From: Tubiluchus corallicola
Taxonomy: Eukaryota; Animalia; Priapulida
Direction: 5' to 3'
DNA length: 64,000 nt
Assembly (NCBI GenBank): GCA_030141605.1
Contig: JAQGDQ010000664.1
Coordinates: 52,455 to 116,454, forward strand
The notes beneath the pieces were generated by a model, which was given only the letters and a program-made list of their open reading frames with translations, was not told the DNA's origin and searched no databases. The position numbers and the translations under genes are program-made. This document shows positions 14,801 to 29,000 of this stretch, piece by piece (the first letter of the stretch is position 1; each line of letters opens with the position of its first letter).

Positions 14801-17800
14801 AAATTTTACTGAAAATAACTGTGATTTCCTTACAGAAAGCTTAATTGTTCAACAAAATGGTTTATTAGCATTAAGAAGCTTTCATGCCACTTAAAAATGA
14901 TACCAACAAATGGATTGTTAAGTTTAACAACACACAGAAACCACAGTAGGTTATTATGCTCCCTATGCTGTAGCTGATTCATTGACAAAAATGCAATATA
15001 AGTAATTAAGAAATCTAGGAGATAATGCAGTGCAGTGGCAAAAGACCCACTTTTGTGTCTCATAGCTCGTGTTCAGAGTCTAAGCGTGTAAAAACTGAAT
15101 GTTTATTGCTAAGATAACACAGTCAGTTGAAATGCACCACTGATTGTTTTTTTTTGTGAAATCATATATAAATGATTACAATTTATTCATTGCCACTGAA
15201 CCTTAACAATCGGGTACCCGGGTATTCAAAGGGTATAAAGTATAAAGGTACCCGAAATTGATTTTTGCTACCCGTGTAAACACTACAAGAAGCGAGTCTG
15301 GCAATATTCATGATTGTGAGTTTATTTACTACAGAGAACAGAATAGAAAAAAATGTGCCTACCAACAAGAAGACAGAAAAATTAGACAAGAAGAAGAACA
15401 ATGGCTCATCTAAATCAGCTGCACATGTAAAGAATGGTGATGGAGTCAAGTTGAATAGCAGGAAGTCGAGTAAACGTGTCAGTGAAGAGCAGCAGAAGAG
15501 CATAGAAACTAGCAATGATGACGACGATGAAGTGATAGAGGATGTTGTCACCCCGGCAGATGATACACCGGAGGAAAATAATGCGAAAGAGCAGCACGAG
15601 AACGTAGACAGCGAGTCGCCTTCACTTTCGTTTGCACAAATTTGCACGGTGCATAAATTTTGCTTTGCTGTTTACTGATTTTATCATTGTTAGATTAATC
15701 GTTGTTAGATCAGTTTAAAACATAAGCTTGTTCAAGACGTAATTTGACAAACTAGGTTTAAAACTGACAATTTGATAACTGATATGTGTTCTCCCCTAGT
15801 TGGAGTGAAATGCTAAGCATACAGATCAATTGTGACCACAATATACAACACTACTTTTGCAATAATTACAAACTGTACTCCGAAGAAAGAGTAACATAGT
15901 TAATACTATTTAAAGTGCTTAGTATTTGTATTATAAGACGGCACTAATACATTTGAGTGTTCACAGAATTATCTAAGGTAGGCCATATATATATTATATA
16001 TAAATTAAAACTTTATTTCACAGATAAAACAGATGAAAACAATAAAACCTTTGCAAATTCTTCATTCAGTGATTAAAGACCGACATTGCTTAATGGCAAA
16101 TGCATCTGGCGCAAGTTATAGGCACATGCAATATTAAAAAGATGTACAGAAAGACTCATCACCAGAATTTTTATAGAATATTAGATCATATAAAATAATC
16201 AAAAATACTATACACTGTAAACAATAAGTTAAATTTTACAGAGACTACAATCTAAATACAGAATAAAATCGGTTATGATGCAATAAAATTCACATGCAGG
16301 AGCAGATGTACAAGTTTATTTGTTGCAAGACTTTATATATTATTTATATTATATTTATATTAAAAACTGACAAGAGTGCAGAGATTAGTAGATAAATCAC
16401 ATCTGTCCTTGTGGTAAAGAGGGCCGCTAATTAGTCATGGTTATTCAAGCTTACTAGCTCTTTACAAATACTAGGATTCTGTCTAAGAAAACTGTTGACT
16501 GATCAGAATTTTTGGAGATTTGAAGTCCAATTGAAATTAGAATTATTAAAATTTTTATCAAGAGTAAGTGTTACAGTTACATTTTTTTATAAAAAAACTG
16601 TTTTAGGAATTGGTTGGTCAAACAAAGACTAGCAAACCCACTCCCAAGTCGAAAAATATCTTCGATGCAACAACTTCACCAGGCACAGAATCTGAAGTCA
16701 GTTGCCTAGCAACGAACAAGAAGGAAGCCTGTAAACTACCATCAAGAAGGCACTCTGGAAACGCCGTGCATCAGGAGAGCCCCGCATTGCAAAGAGTAAT
16801 ATTTTATTAGAGATAATTCAGTTTTACTAGAGTTGTACGGTTTTAAGATACTGATGGGTGGTTTTTGGTTGGTTGGTTTTTGGGGGTGTTTTTGTTGCGT
16901 AAATTCGTTGAGAAAATTTTTACGGATCCAGTACATTATTTCACAAGCTGACTGCTAGTTGGCAGGCCGTCACTTTGTTTACATCACGTACATCAGTGTA
17001 ACCACGTGTATATCTCTATGTATAAAAATATAGAATCAATTGTGCAGAGTTATTTGAGTCAATTGCAGACAGTTGGTGTTGGGTTTTGGTTTGTTTGTGG
17101 TTGGGGGGTTTGGGGTGGTGTGTTGGTTTTTTGTTTGTTTTTTGTACTGATATAGCGAGTAACAGTATTATCAACTAAATTCTTACTAATTGTGGTATAA
17201 GGCACACTGACTTTGAGATTTTTTTATAAACATTTATTTGAAATAATTGCCTTTGGCAAAGAGTAAATAAATGCTGGTCAAGTTTACAGGAGTGCAGTTT
17301 GACAGGAAAAACAAGTCTGTCACAAAATATACATAACTATTTTGATTGTTAATTAAGATAATTTAAACGGTTACATGAAGCAACATATTGCCTTACCAGT
17401 TCAAATAGAATGATGTTCTGTTCATAACTTAGTAGCGAACTACCTGAAAGAAAAACCGAAATTTTTAATTGTGGGTCTGAGTTATTTATATTAAAAGCTA
17501 ATGTGTTTGTTTGGTATAGGTTTGTTAGTCGACTTTGGGATTGCTTTGTTGGTCACTGCAGTAGATTTGCAGTCATAGTTTGCACAAGTTTTGTGCGCGC
17601 ATGTTGACGTATTCTCAGTTTACCTTTGCATATCTATTGTCAGTATTTTTTACTTCTAATTTATTTAGTTTATTGTGAAATGTTCCTGTTGTAGTCTGGT
17701 GTTCAGAAGTAAGTAAGTAAGCAATTTTCTTGTCAATATAGCATAATATATGCAATGAAATTTATGTGGTTTTACTTACTACAATAATTTATGGAAATAA

Positions 17801-20800
17801 TAAGGAGATTAACACAAATAATTTAATCAGTTGTGCAGGGACATAAAGAATTAATATTGGAGATTTACTGAAATTTATTGTTGATGATCCAAATTCCAAC
17901 GAGATAGCAAGAATTTAAAGTTCTTGTGGTTTTAGTGTTAACTGAGCAGAATCTATGACCAGAGGGGGAGCATTTCAAAGTATTTATTACCTGGATGAAA
18001 TTCGTCTTTCATGATAACTTGCGCTCTCTTCGGGACCCTAGTTTCATACAAATGTGCCTTGGATTGCTGTTCAATTCCATAATTGAAAATAAAGATTTTA
18101 TTAAAATAAAAAATTTAGCTCCTATCCATCTGAGTGCTTGCTATGATTACAACATATGAAAAAGCTTCTATATTTAACTTTGAGATATCAGTTACCCATT
18201 GACTACATGTATCATGTTGCTCTTATTTTCAGGTAAAGAAACAGCAGTCTTCTTTTGAAATAAAACTTCATAACAAGCGTAATGAAAGTATCTGTGACAG
18301 CCCAGAAAAAATACGCGAGGAAACGATTCCTACTCAGGACGCTTCCTTTATTTCACCTCCTTCCACTTTACGCTTGCCAGGTACGTACAGACATGAGAGA
18401 TGAGTGGACATTACTCATTAATGCCATATTTGTTTAGTATTGTTTGACTGTGATTGCCACCACCTACGTAATCAGCAGTTTCACTCGTTTGAGTGATGCA
18501 TAAAAAATTCCTTGGAAGTTGCGTGTTAGTTGTGAAGTGTTCGATGAGTTTTCAGATTTAAGTTTTTTTAATTGTGAATGAACAGCTTTCTGCTGGATTC
18601 GTTAACTTTATTGAACAATTCACAATTATTTACAAGAAAGGTCAAGAATTATTAGGTCAAGAAAAGGCAATTTTAAAGCATGCCATAAAGAAAACTTTCC
18701 GTACAAAATTATATTACTTACCATTATACTCACTCACTTGCCTGAAAGTAGTTCACTTATGTAAGTAGAAAAGAAAATTCTTAGTAATTTAATGTTTGCA
18801 CCGCCTGGTAAAACGACATCCCAGTGTGCACCACTAATTCACCAAAACATGCAAAGTCACTAACAGGAAACATCAAAACTGCACAGATTTAGGCAAAATA
18901 AACTATTTTATTAAAAACGGTAAAGACGTTTCATAGCAACAGACTCATCAACTAAGGTGGTAATGTTACAGCTGGCTTACAACAGGGAAGCCCAGATTGG
19001 GCAGAGGCTAACAGTTAAGTAGTAATGCCTACATCACAAGTAGGATGCAACTAAAGTGACAGAGGGGAGTGTCGGCACAATCGAAGCCATAGTGCTCTTA
19101 CAAACACCATTTATAATCTTATTGACAATATACGTCATTTAAAGGAAAACAGGACGATTTTTCATATGCTACCACATTTTCAAGTCCAATAAAAAGTATA
19201 CATTTTAACACAGCTAATACTTCAAAAGCATTTCTGGTAATTAAATGGTAGATTTTAAACTTAGTTAATGGTCTGCGAGCACACACTACTGATGACATAA
19301 TAAACTAAAATAATTTTCAACAGCAAAAATATTCCATGAGCGTGTTGCACGTGTATGCGAAAGCGAAAATTGAAGTACAGTATTACTGTAAGATATTCGG
19401 TGTGTTGTACTAAAACTCGGTAAGTTTTAAGATAAAAATTCAAATTTCAAATTTACCGCTGTACTCAAGCATGAGCTGTCACAAACTAATATATCTGAAC
19501 TGGGAGGTACAGCACCTGTTTTTTGTGCAAAGCGTTTCTGAAATACAGGCGCTAGTGCCCATCTAACTGCATGTAACAGCAAAGAACTGGTGGCGTGAGC
19601 GTGAATTTGTGTTTGTGTGGCAGTAATTCTTTAGTTACTACCACACAAACCACACAATGTTTCGTTAGTTAGCGAAGAATGTGCTACAGGTGCACTGATT
19701 ATTATAAAATTATTTTATCTAAACTTATTTCAAATGGCCTATACCGTCAACATAGCTGCACCAAACAGTCGTTAAAGTAGTTTAAATTTACAAGTTTTAT
19801 ATATCATTGCTACTAATACAAGCCTGTGTACAATAACGCAGTCTGTAGGTGATACAAGATTTCAAGACATCTAACTTTTTTCTAACTTTGTCTAAGTAAA
19901 CCATTTTCTTGTACTTTAGTTAATTCAGTCGGTTTTTATTTTCTTAATAGACGAGAGCACTGCAAAGGAAAAGAGCCTGGAAATAAACAAGTCTCCATTG
20001 TTGGATGTGTCTGCTACTCAGGTTTGCTTAGTTGCTCGCTAAAAAAATTAATTCTGCACCAAGATGTGCCTGTAGCTTGTTGACGATTTTTTCCAGAATC
20101 ATTACCACTTAATTACGATTACGGGCAATTTTAATATTGATGTAAATATAGGCTTTGATAGTAGAATTGTGTCTTGTATATATATATGTGTGTTTTATTA
20201 TGCTTATTTTGAGTAATTGTTTTATACATAGGTTTTGACTTAAATTTATCAATTTGAATTTTTTAGTGACTTAGTAATGCATGCCTTTCTTGCTTGTATG
20301 GCGTTTCTATAAAAAAGTCAGTGTTTATAAATGTGTTGTTAGTGGACACTCGCTAGTAATTTTATGTGTATTTATAAAAAACGATTCAATAATTATCGAT
20401 TATAGCATCAATATGAAAATTTTGTTTCAGTTTATCGTTGTAATATCAATATTATATTACAGTTATATTTATCGTGCCGACTTCTCACTTTATCTTGTTT
20501 CTTTGTTAAAATGCTTAACATGGTTTTTTTATATTATATCCACAAATTAAGCAGAAAAATAGAAAAAATACTGCATTATTTTTAACTGAGATGGCTTGGT
20601 TGTGACCAAAGATCAAACTTCCAAAGCTTGTGTTTCTTACTACATTTTTTCAATAAATAGAAATTATCTGAAAATATTGCACTAGGTAGACTTGATCATT
20701 TAATTATGTTATCTTTTGATAATGCACATTTTTGTTGTATTCAGCTCACATTATTACTTAACATGCTTCATGTTTACTTAACCAGTATCGTTTCATCATT

Positions 20801-22980
20801 CAAAACAATGTTGTATCATATCTTTTGAAAAGCTGAATACCGTTGTCGTATCAGCTAAGCAAATATATTGGTAATGCTAATTTGTGTCGTTTAACTTCCC
20901 TACTCAGCAATTATGAATACTGCTAATCATTTACAGGTGCCAGAGCCTGTTGATTTGCTTCAGGACGGTGTGAGTCCACTCTCCTCAGTTGGGCATTTGA
21001 ATAATTCACCTGGAGAACACACAGCAGGCGAATGTGTAAGTTAAAATAGAGGTTTATTATTTTGTTCAGCAGAATGGAGCAGTTTGCTCTACATAATTAA
21101 ACTTCTTCTTCTTCTTCTTCCCAGCTTTTCCCTATGCGTTGTCGCCATTGTGAATGAGTCTTCTCCACGCATTCCTGTTGTTGACCATCTCTTCATTTAC
21201 GTTCTTCTCTCTAAGATCTCCTTTAATACATTCACTCCATCTCCGCTTGGGTCGTCTTCTTCTTCTATTTCCCAGCACTTCCATTACCATGACCTCCCTT
21301 CCCACATGATCTTCACTGACTCTTCTTTTTAGGTGTCCATACCATCGCAATCTTGCGAGGCTTCCACTACTTTTACTGTTCCTCTGATATTATTATTTCT
21401 AATTTTATCTCTTCTTGTTATTCCCACCATCCATCTCAGCATCCTCATCTCCACCACATCCATTTTTTTCTCTTCGGTCTTCTTTAGAGAAGCTCCTTCC
21501 AGCCCATAGATTAGAGCGGGTCTGGCCACTTCTTTGTGGATCTTTAAGTCTCACCGACTCATTCATAGAAGGTTTTGGCGCAGTTTTTACAGGCGGATGC
21601 CCTTCCTGACCCTAACCCTCCCTATTTATCCGGGCTTGGGACCGGCACTGAGTTGGGCTGGCTTCCCCCCCCCCCCAGTGGCTAGGTTGCTCTACATAAT
21701 TAAACAAATGTTTGGAAAACTACAAGTTAGTGTGAAGGAGTGTCAAGGGCATCATGCAGCATCAAGGTGCGTCAAGTAGCATCAAGTGTGCCAAGGGAAA
21801 AGCACTATCAGTCAAGGAGCATTAAACAATGAAACGATGTCAAATGTCCTAACAATTCGCATGTGTTGTATGAATTGCAACTTGCAACTTTATTTTTCTC
21901 TTACTTGACATTTCAACATCTTCAAACTTTAAGCAGTTTAACTGTTAGATCATTTTGCACTTCTGTTGTTATTTAGAGTGGGCAGGAGCAGCATCGGCTT
22001 AGCAACTCTTTCAAAGAACCATACCAGCAGTTTGAGGATGATTGGAAAAATCGCGTAAGGAAAAGGCGAGTTTTGTTATGTTTTCAGAATTTGTTGAATT
22101 ATTTGCCTTTTTGCATTTAATTGGCTTCTTGTTCGTAGTGTGTTAACACATTATGTGAGAAATTTGATTATTACTTAAGTTAACGCTGGATTACAATGGG
22201 GTGGCTCAGTGGTAGTGTGTCGCTTCCCATGGGAGGTCATGTGTTTAACTCCGGGCCGAATCCTACCAAAGATTTAAAAAATGCCACTACTGGTTCTTTG
22301 ACCAAGCTCTTGGGTTTATCGAAGTAACATGCGGGTAATAATTATCAAGGCCACCTTGAAAATAAATATTGAGATACTTATGGTGTTATCCTGGTGTTTA
22401 GGGGTATGTGCTAAACGAAGTTGTTATAATGTTATGAACTACAATAAATGACATACAGCATTTTAGTGATGAGAATGAGATTTTAGAATGACCTTGTTTG
22501 TCATTGTTGTTAAATATAACCATATCTTACCACACTTTTGTTCATAGACGACATTTAATGGTGGACTACAACAAGAAGGCCTCTCACGAGTTATCACGGT
22601 TGGAAGAAGCTGCAACAGCGAAGGAGTTAGCAGAAGATAAAATCATGGTGAGGGAGTGAAATTGCAACAGAATACAGAATCATTTATTTGTCTCAATAAC
22701 ATAGTAAACATGGCATTAACAAATGATTTGACAGCTAAACGAAACAGGGTGGCAAAAAGACTGAAAGGTCATCCAGTCTACCATCTTTCTACTAAGTTGA
22801 TAACAAAACTCTACTTAGATTTGTACTTTGAGCTATAAATCACAGCAAAGCAATCACTTCTCTGTTGTCTTTTTAGCAATATCCCCTATAGCAAGTAATA
22901 GTGTTAATATATTTAAGCATAATAACAACAACAACAACAGTAGCAGCAGCAACAACAACAACAACAACAGTAGCAGCAGC

Positions 22981-23011
<31 letters not shown>

Positions 23012-26000
23012 GCAACAACGAGAACAACACTTGCAATAACTAGCAAGAATAATAAGAATTCTGCATATGACCCACAACAGCAACCCACTCTGCACCACTC
23101 ACAGCACACCTCATCATGTCATCACATCCATTGTGCCACATACCAATCTTATCACACTACATCACACCACAATAGAACACACAACACACTACATCACACC
23201 ACAACACTACTCCGTACCCACCACACCATGACAAGTCATATCCATCTTATCATGACAACCCACACCAAGCCATACTCTCCACATCATGTACATACATCCA
23301 CCTCTCCGTACCACCTACCACACCCCGTACATACATCCACCACTCCGTACCACCTATCACACTGTACTCATTTCACCACGCCATAACAACAACCCACACC
23401 ACACCATACCACACCGCCACAGCAACAATAACCCAATCTATACCACACACTACACCACACAGCACCATCACTATAATAACAAAAGCAGCAACAACAATAA
23501 CAACGACGAAGGCCATAAAACCCTGAAAAAATAACAAGATAAAATTAAAGTCACTATAATCAATAAAGCACAAACATTCCACTTGGCATCTCGTTCAATT
23601 TTCAACAATATAATAATGGTTAAATATTCACACATTCTTAATCGCTTCATCCTCTTCCTGGTGCTATGCTTATTCTTTCTGAATACATCTGAACAGTTTT
23701 AAAAATCGATTTTGAGGTTTGCATGTTTTTTTTTCATGAAAAAATTTCAAGTGGGTAGATCTAGAAAAATGCGTTTTACGGGGCCATGTGGGCCTCCTGG
23801 GAAACGACGCTGTGTCTATTGTACCTACGCAAAAGCTTCTTTCCAGTGATAGCACAAAAGCGCTCATCGTCCCGTTCATTCACATGTCAGTTTTACAAGT
23901 TTTGTGAACAACAGGACATGCTAGGTTTTATCATTAGTTTAAACATAATTCGTTTCATTCAAATTAGACAGTTTTTAAAACTGATATGTGAATCCTCACC
24001 CTACTTGTGTATATACAAGCAGAAGTGCAGATAAAATAAAGTAATATAATTACAAACAAATACAAATAGTTATACATACATATAAATACACATAAAGAAA
24101 AAATATACAATCAACCTCGGATATAAGGGACACCATGGGACCGGAAATAACCGTCTCTTATATCCAATGTCTCTTATAGCTGAAGTTGAGTCAGATCGAG
24201 GGTGTATCTAGACCTGTAATTTTCTGTACTTTCACACATGTTTTTATGGATTATTGCTACACATTCAGTGCAAATTATATGTAGGAAGCGCCTTCAGTGA
24301 TGCGAGTTGCATGGGCGGAAACCAAGCTGTTCGAAGACCGAGTTTGCGAGAAATTGAGGTTAAAAATCGATCAATTTTGCTTTGATTATAGGGTCCCTTA
24401 TATGCGAGATAATTTACCTGGGTTTCTATTATGTGGAACCTAAAGATATCGTCCCTTATAACCGAAAGTCTCAGGTATCCGAGTACCTTATATACGAAGG
24501 TTTTTACATAGAAAAAACGTTACGAGACATTGGGACCAGTGTCGGTGCTCCCTTATAAGCAAGTACCTTTTACCCGAGGTTGACTGTACATATACATACA
24601 AAGTAAGCAGATGTCACACAATGAATAATATAACAATTGAATGATAGCAATAACTGTCTTGAAATTAACCATAAAATAAATAAAAGCAATCCTAATTAAG
24701 GTCTGATTACATTAAAATGTTCAGTTCTCCTAATGTAATTTTGAATGCAATCAAAAATTTTACAGTTAACATCCATTAACTACAAAATCATTATCTTCCA
24801 ACTCTAACACACAATGACAGCAGTTTGCCATCATTACTGGTACACCTTTCTTGACAGTTTTAAAAAAGATATTTTTTAAACTGAGATCAAATAGACCAAA
24901 ATGTACAATTGCGCTTCACCAATGTCAAATCGTGAGACTTATTATTTGATTTGTGTAGAAGCCTCACTGTTTTGATGTAATTCTACTCGTGATGTTCAAA
25001 TCTGCAGTTATTTGTTTTGCAGTTATTCACTGAAGCCTGTTGTGCCACCAATAAAATTTTTCCCATAGAATTCAATACTTAATATAAACTTCGCTTAACT
25101 CAAAATCGCATAACTCAAAATTTCGCCTAACTCAAATAAACAAAATTATGGTCCATTTAACCAAAATGCATGTAATACTTCGCCTAACTCAAAAATGCAA
25201 TTGATACTGTAGAAAAAAAAAGAGTTTCGTACATGGAAGATTTTTTATGCCGTTATTGCAATAAAATCAGCATGGAAAAAAGTCTCGAACACAACAATAC
25301 AGAATTTTATGTAAGCATTGGTAGCCCACTGTCATTTTGTTAGGTTAAACAATATTTTTATTAGATAAAGAGCACTACAATCGTAAGTGTACGTATAATA
25401 ATAAAAAAAAACAATGGGCAATTAGTCAAATGCTGATTGGCTTTGTCATATTGTTTAACAGTGTTGTGTACGTGTCCTTTTGTAACATAAAATTATCATG
25501 TTTCACCACATAATTTGTGATTCTTTATGTAACTATCATCAGATCTCGTCGTTTATGTATAGAAAGGTGGACCCACTGCCTATTTAGCTCGCCGTCTGGA
25601 ACAGTGGTTTAGAGTTTCTATCCTAGAAAATGGTCAACATCGCCTAACTCAAAGTTTTTTTTGGTCCAGTTGGATTTGAGTTATGCAGAGTTTACTGTAT
25701 AATATTCACTGTAATTCTAATTTGCTCAGGTCAAGTAACTTTAGCTTCATTAGAAACTTTATTAATGACAGGTCTGTTTATTTAATCTGGTAAAACATTA
25801 CATTCAAAGGTAATGCATGATTTTTCTGCGCATACTTGCACAATTTTATTTTTTTCAGTCACTTATTTTGAAGTTAGGAGAAACGCAGCAAGAGCATGAA
25901 AAATCCATGAGTGACAGGTTTGTTATCTAGACGAACTTTGTGTAATTGTACAGCACTATCAGACATTAACATTACAGCTATATTTATGGCGCTAAAATGC

Positions 26001-29000
26001 ATCTGTTAGTTTATTCGCTTATTTTGAATTGAGGCTTTAAAACTCCGGACTGTTACTGACCTCTAGTCAGCTACATCTGTCCTTCACAAAAAACTTCTCA
26101 GAGTTGTAGAACTAGGGTTATGAGTCAAAAACCTTTCATATTTTGTTACTATGGTGCAGATTCTAGAAAGCTAACTGTATGAATGAAAGAATGAAGCTGA
26201 AAATTGTGTCCATGTTAATTTGTGTTGACTATATTATTCTATTACGTAATTGTGAAGCTTAACTGTGTGGGCTAAGCTAAATTAGTGCATAGTTCAAGTA
26301 TCATACTTGGTAAGATTGTTAACTTTAATGATAAAGTTATGATAATTATCGATTATTGTCTCAATATGAAATTTCTTTATTTCTATCATATCGATATTGT
26401 AGGAATATTGTTGTCGTATCGACTTGATGCATTTTGCTGCATGTTGCTCACCTTTACAAAATCATGTCAGTTTGCTTTTTCATTTATGCACAGGAGTTAT
26501 GTAAAAAATTAAACAGAGTCATTTACATTTTCTAAAGGGGTTTTCTAAATAACGTTCTTGTACTTTCTTCCTGCAATAGCAACTATTTTCAGTCAGTTTA
26601 GTGAGATGTCAATACCAAGTAGTGGCAAGTAAATAAATATATTATGTAGTAATAAACGTATGTAATAATTATAATAATCTCACATATTAACATTATTTTC
26701 TGCTTAGATAAGGAAGAGAATTTTGTCATAGGTTACAAGTTTCTATACATTAATCCTGAAACAACCTGCAAAAATATGCTAATGCAATACACTGAGACAC
26801 CTTACACAATAACTAATGAAGTGTTCAATATCATCTTTATCACATCATATTATGTCCTCATATAAACCAGATTATCGATATCGTGTTGTTGGAAAAAAGT
26901 ATCGCTTCGCCAAATTTATATCGTTTAAAATCTTTTTTTATACATGAGTCACAACTGAGCAAAAATTATAAAATCAGGATTATGTACCAAACTGTTTTGA
27001 AATTGTGTTGTCACAGCCAAAGAATTTCATAGCATATTTCACTTTTTGGATGCAACAGCCCTTTCAAATACCATTTTGCATATTCGTACCACCCCATTAC
27101 ATTACCGTTGCCGTTTACATAACTACCATCGTTAAATGGAAAATAATTTGGGTCTATTAATTTTTAGCAACGGTAGGAAGTATATTTATTTTGTGTATGT
27201 CTGTGAAGTGTATATGCAAAAAGGCCATCTTAGATTAAAGCAAGTCAAAGTTACGACATAGCTCTTTGCCTAAATCACTCATCATATGCATAGGAATTTA
27301 TGATTGGCTTTGATCTTGGGGATGTTACTTGAAATTATGTTCTCCGTGATCATTAAAGATCTTTAAAAACTTCTAATCTTCTTTCTGCTTTTTACTGTTA
27401 CTTATTTACAACAGTGAATAAAAGAGCATGGTTAATGTCGTGCTAAACGTAGTGTCTTATCAAACTAATTCTGTTAATTTAGAATGAAACAAAAATAGCT
27501 GTCATTTTTTTTATTATTTTATTTATATAGGGTTTTGAAGTTAAAAGCGATGCAACACTCGTTAAAAACAGAATTGGATAAACTGCAGGCCGAGCATCGA
27601 AAATGCCAAGTAAGTTAAACGAAACACGAATCAAACACAAACGTTTCGAGTACAGTTTGTTTTTACATTTGATGACACGAGCACGTTATCTATAAATAGT
27701 TGTTTTCAATTATTATAGCAATCTATGTACATTTGCTATGGCACCTACCAGACTCATTTTCTTCCATCTCTACACGTAATATGAATTCTGCTTGTTTGCT
27801 GTTCAACAGATTTGTTTACTTTGATTGTTGATTACTGTTTACGGCAATAACATAGGTGACACAAATTTGAGCAAACATACGAGCTCATCAGAATTAAGTT
27901 TACTTATAAGCAGCGGCGGCTCGTGTATAGGTACTGTAGAACAGCAGTACCACCTATTTTCACTCAGTATTATCGATAATATTCAATATAATAGATCTTT
28001 TTTCTTTAGTTCTTTCTTTATACTTGTATGGAACCAGAGCACGTGAGGGTAGTACTGTTTGCTTCACAGCCCTAGTGCAGTGCGCTCCAGCAATGCGGTG
28101 TTTGGCTGTTGTGCGCATGCGGCCGTGCACACGTCAGAACCCTAGTAGAGAAAGTACAGTCGCTCACACTGTTTGCTGTCAATTGTCGCATGCTTACCGT
28201 TAATGGATCAAGCTTGAACTGCAACAGTTTAGGCTATTAGTGAGCAAAAAATATTTTTTGCTTATAGGATTTTATCAACTTCTTGTATAAACTTTCATAT
28301 GTTTGTTTGTTCAAAATTACAATAACAAACTATAACATTATAATTACATAATTTATTATGTTTGTTTCATTTTACACGGTATTAAAACAATGGCTAAAAA
28401 TATTCTGAAGCAGCACCCCCACTAAATTTAGCTACGAGCTGCCACTGCTTGTAAGTATCATCCTTGGCCTTGACCATTTATATACCTTGATCAATTATGT
28501 ACATGTTAACAATTTGGGGTAGATGGGGCTCCTTAGCGTTGGCCGGCAATCCATGTAGGTGAAGGAAAACACTGATCACAAACATCCACTGCCTTGTGGC
28601 GATACCCTCCATGTGAAAGGCTTCGGGAGTAAACCCCAAGGAAAAATTCGGAGCTGGAGTCCCTAGGCGGGTCATGTTGCATAGCACCATGATTCCGACA
28701 ACTCCTGCGACGCCTGAAGTACCAGATGTACTGCTTCTGCCTTTCCCATGGATCATACTTCTGGCGTGGAGAGAGTGAGGCTGGCGACCTGGTGCAATCC
28801 TTCCCTCACTTTAAACGTAGTCATGCACAAGTCATGATGACAGGTCACCACCAAAAAAAATCAAAAAAAAGTAACAATACTGCACTGCACGTCTGTTCTT
28901 ACATAATAAAATTTATATGCTTTGGGAGGTAAATTATATTATATTAAAATGTTGTTATACATTTAGATTACAGGTAAAAAGTACTGTATAATTATACTAA

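Noticed and set aside
17695-17708. Putative 14-nt micro-exon (ag|TCTGGTGTTCAGAA|gtaagt)
   Set aside because: It would shift the frame between two phase-0 exons that already join correctly.
22828-23582. Overlapping homopolymer-rich ORFs (also 8752-8887 and 58613-58834)
   Set aside because: Translations of microsatellite and low-complexity DNA inside introns.
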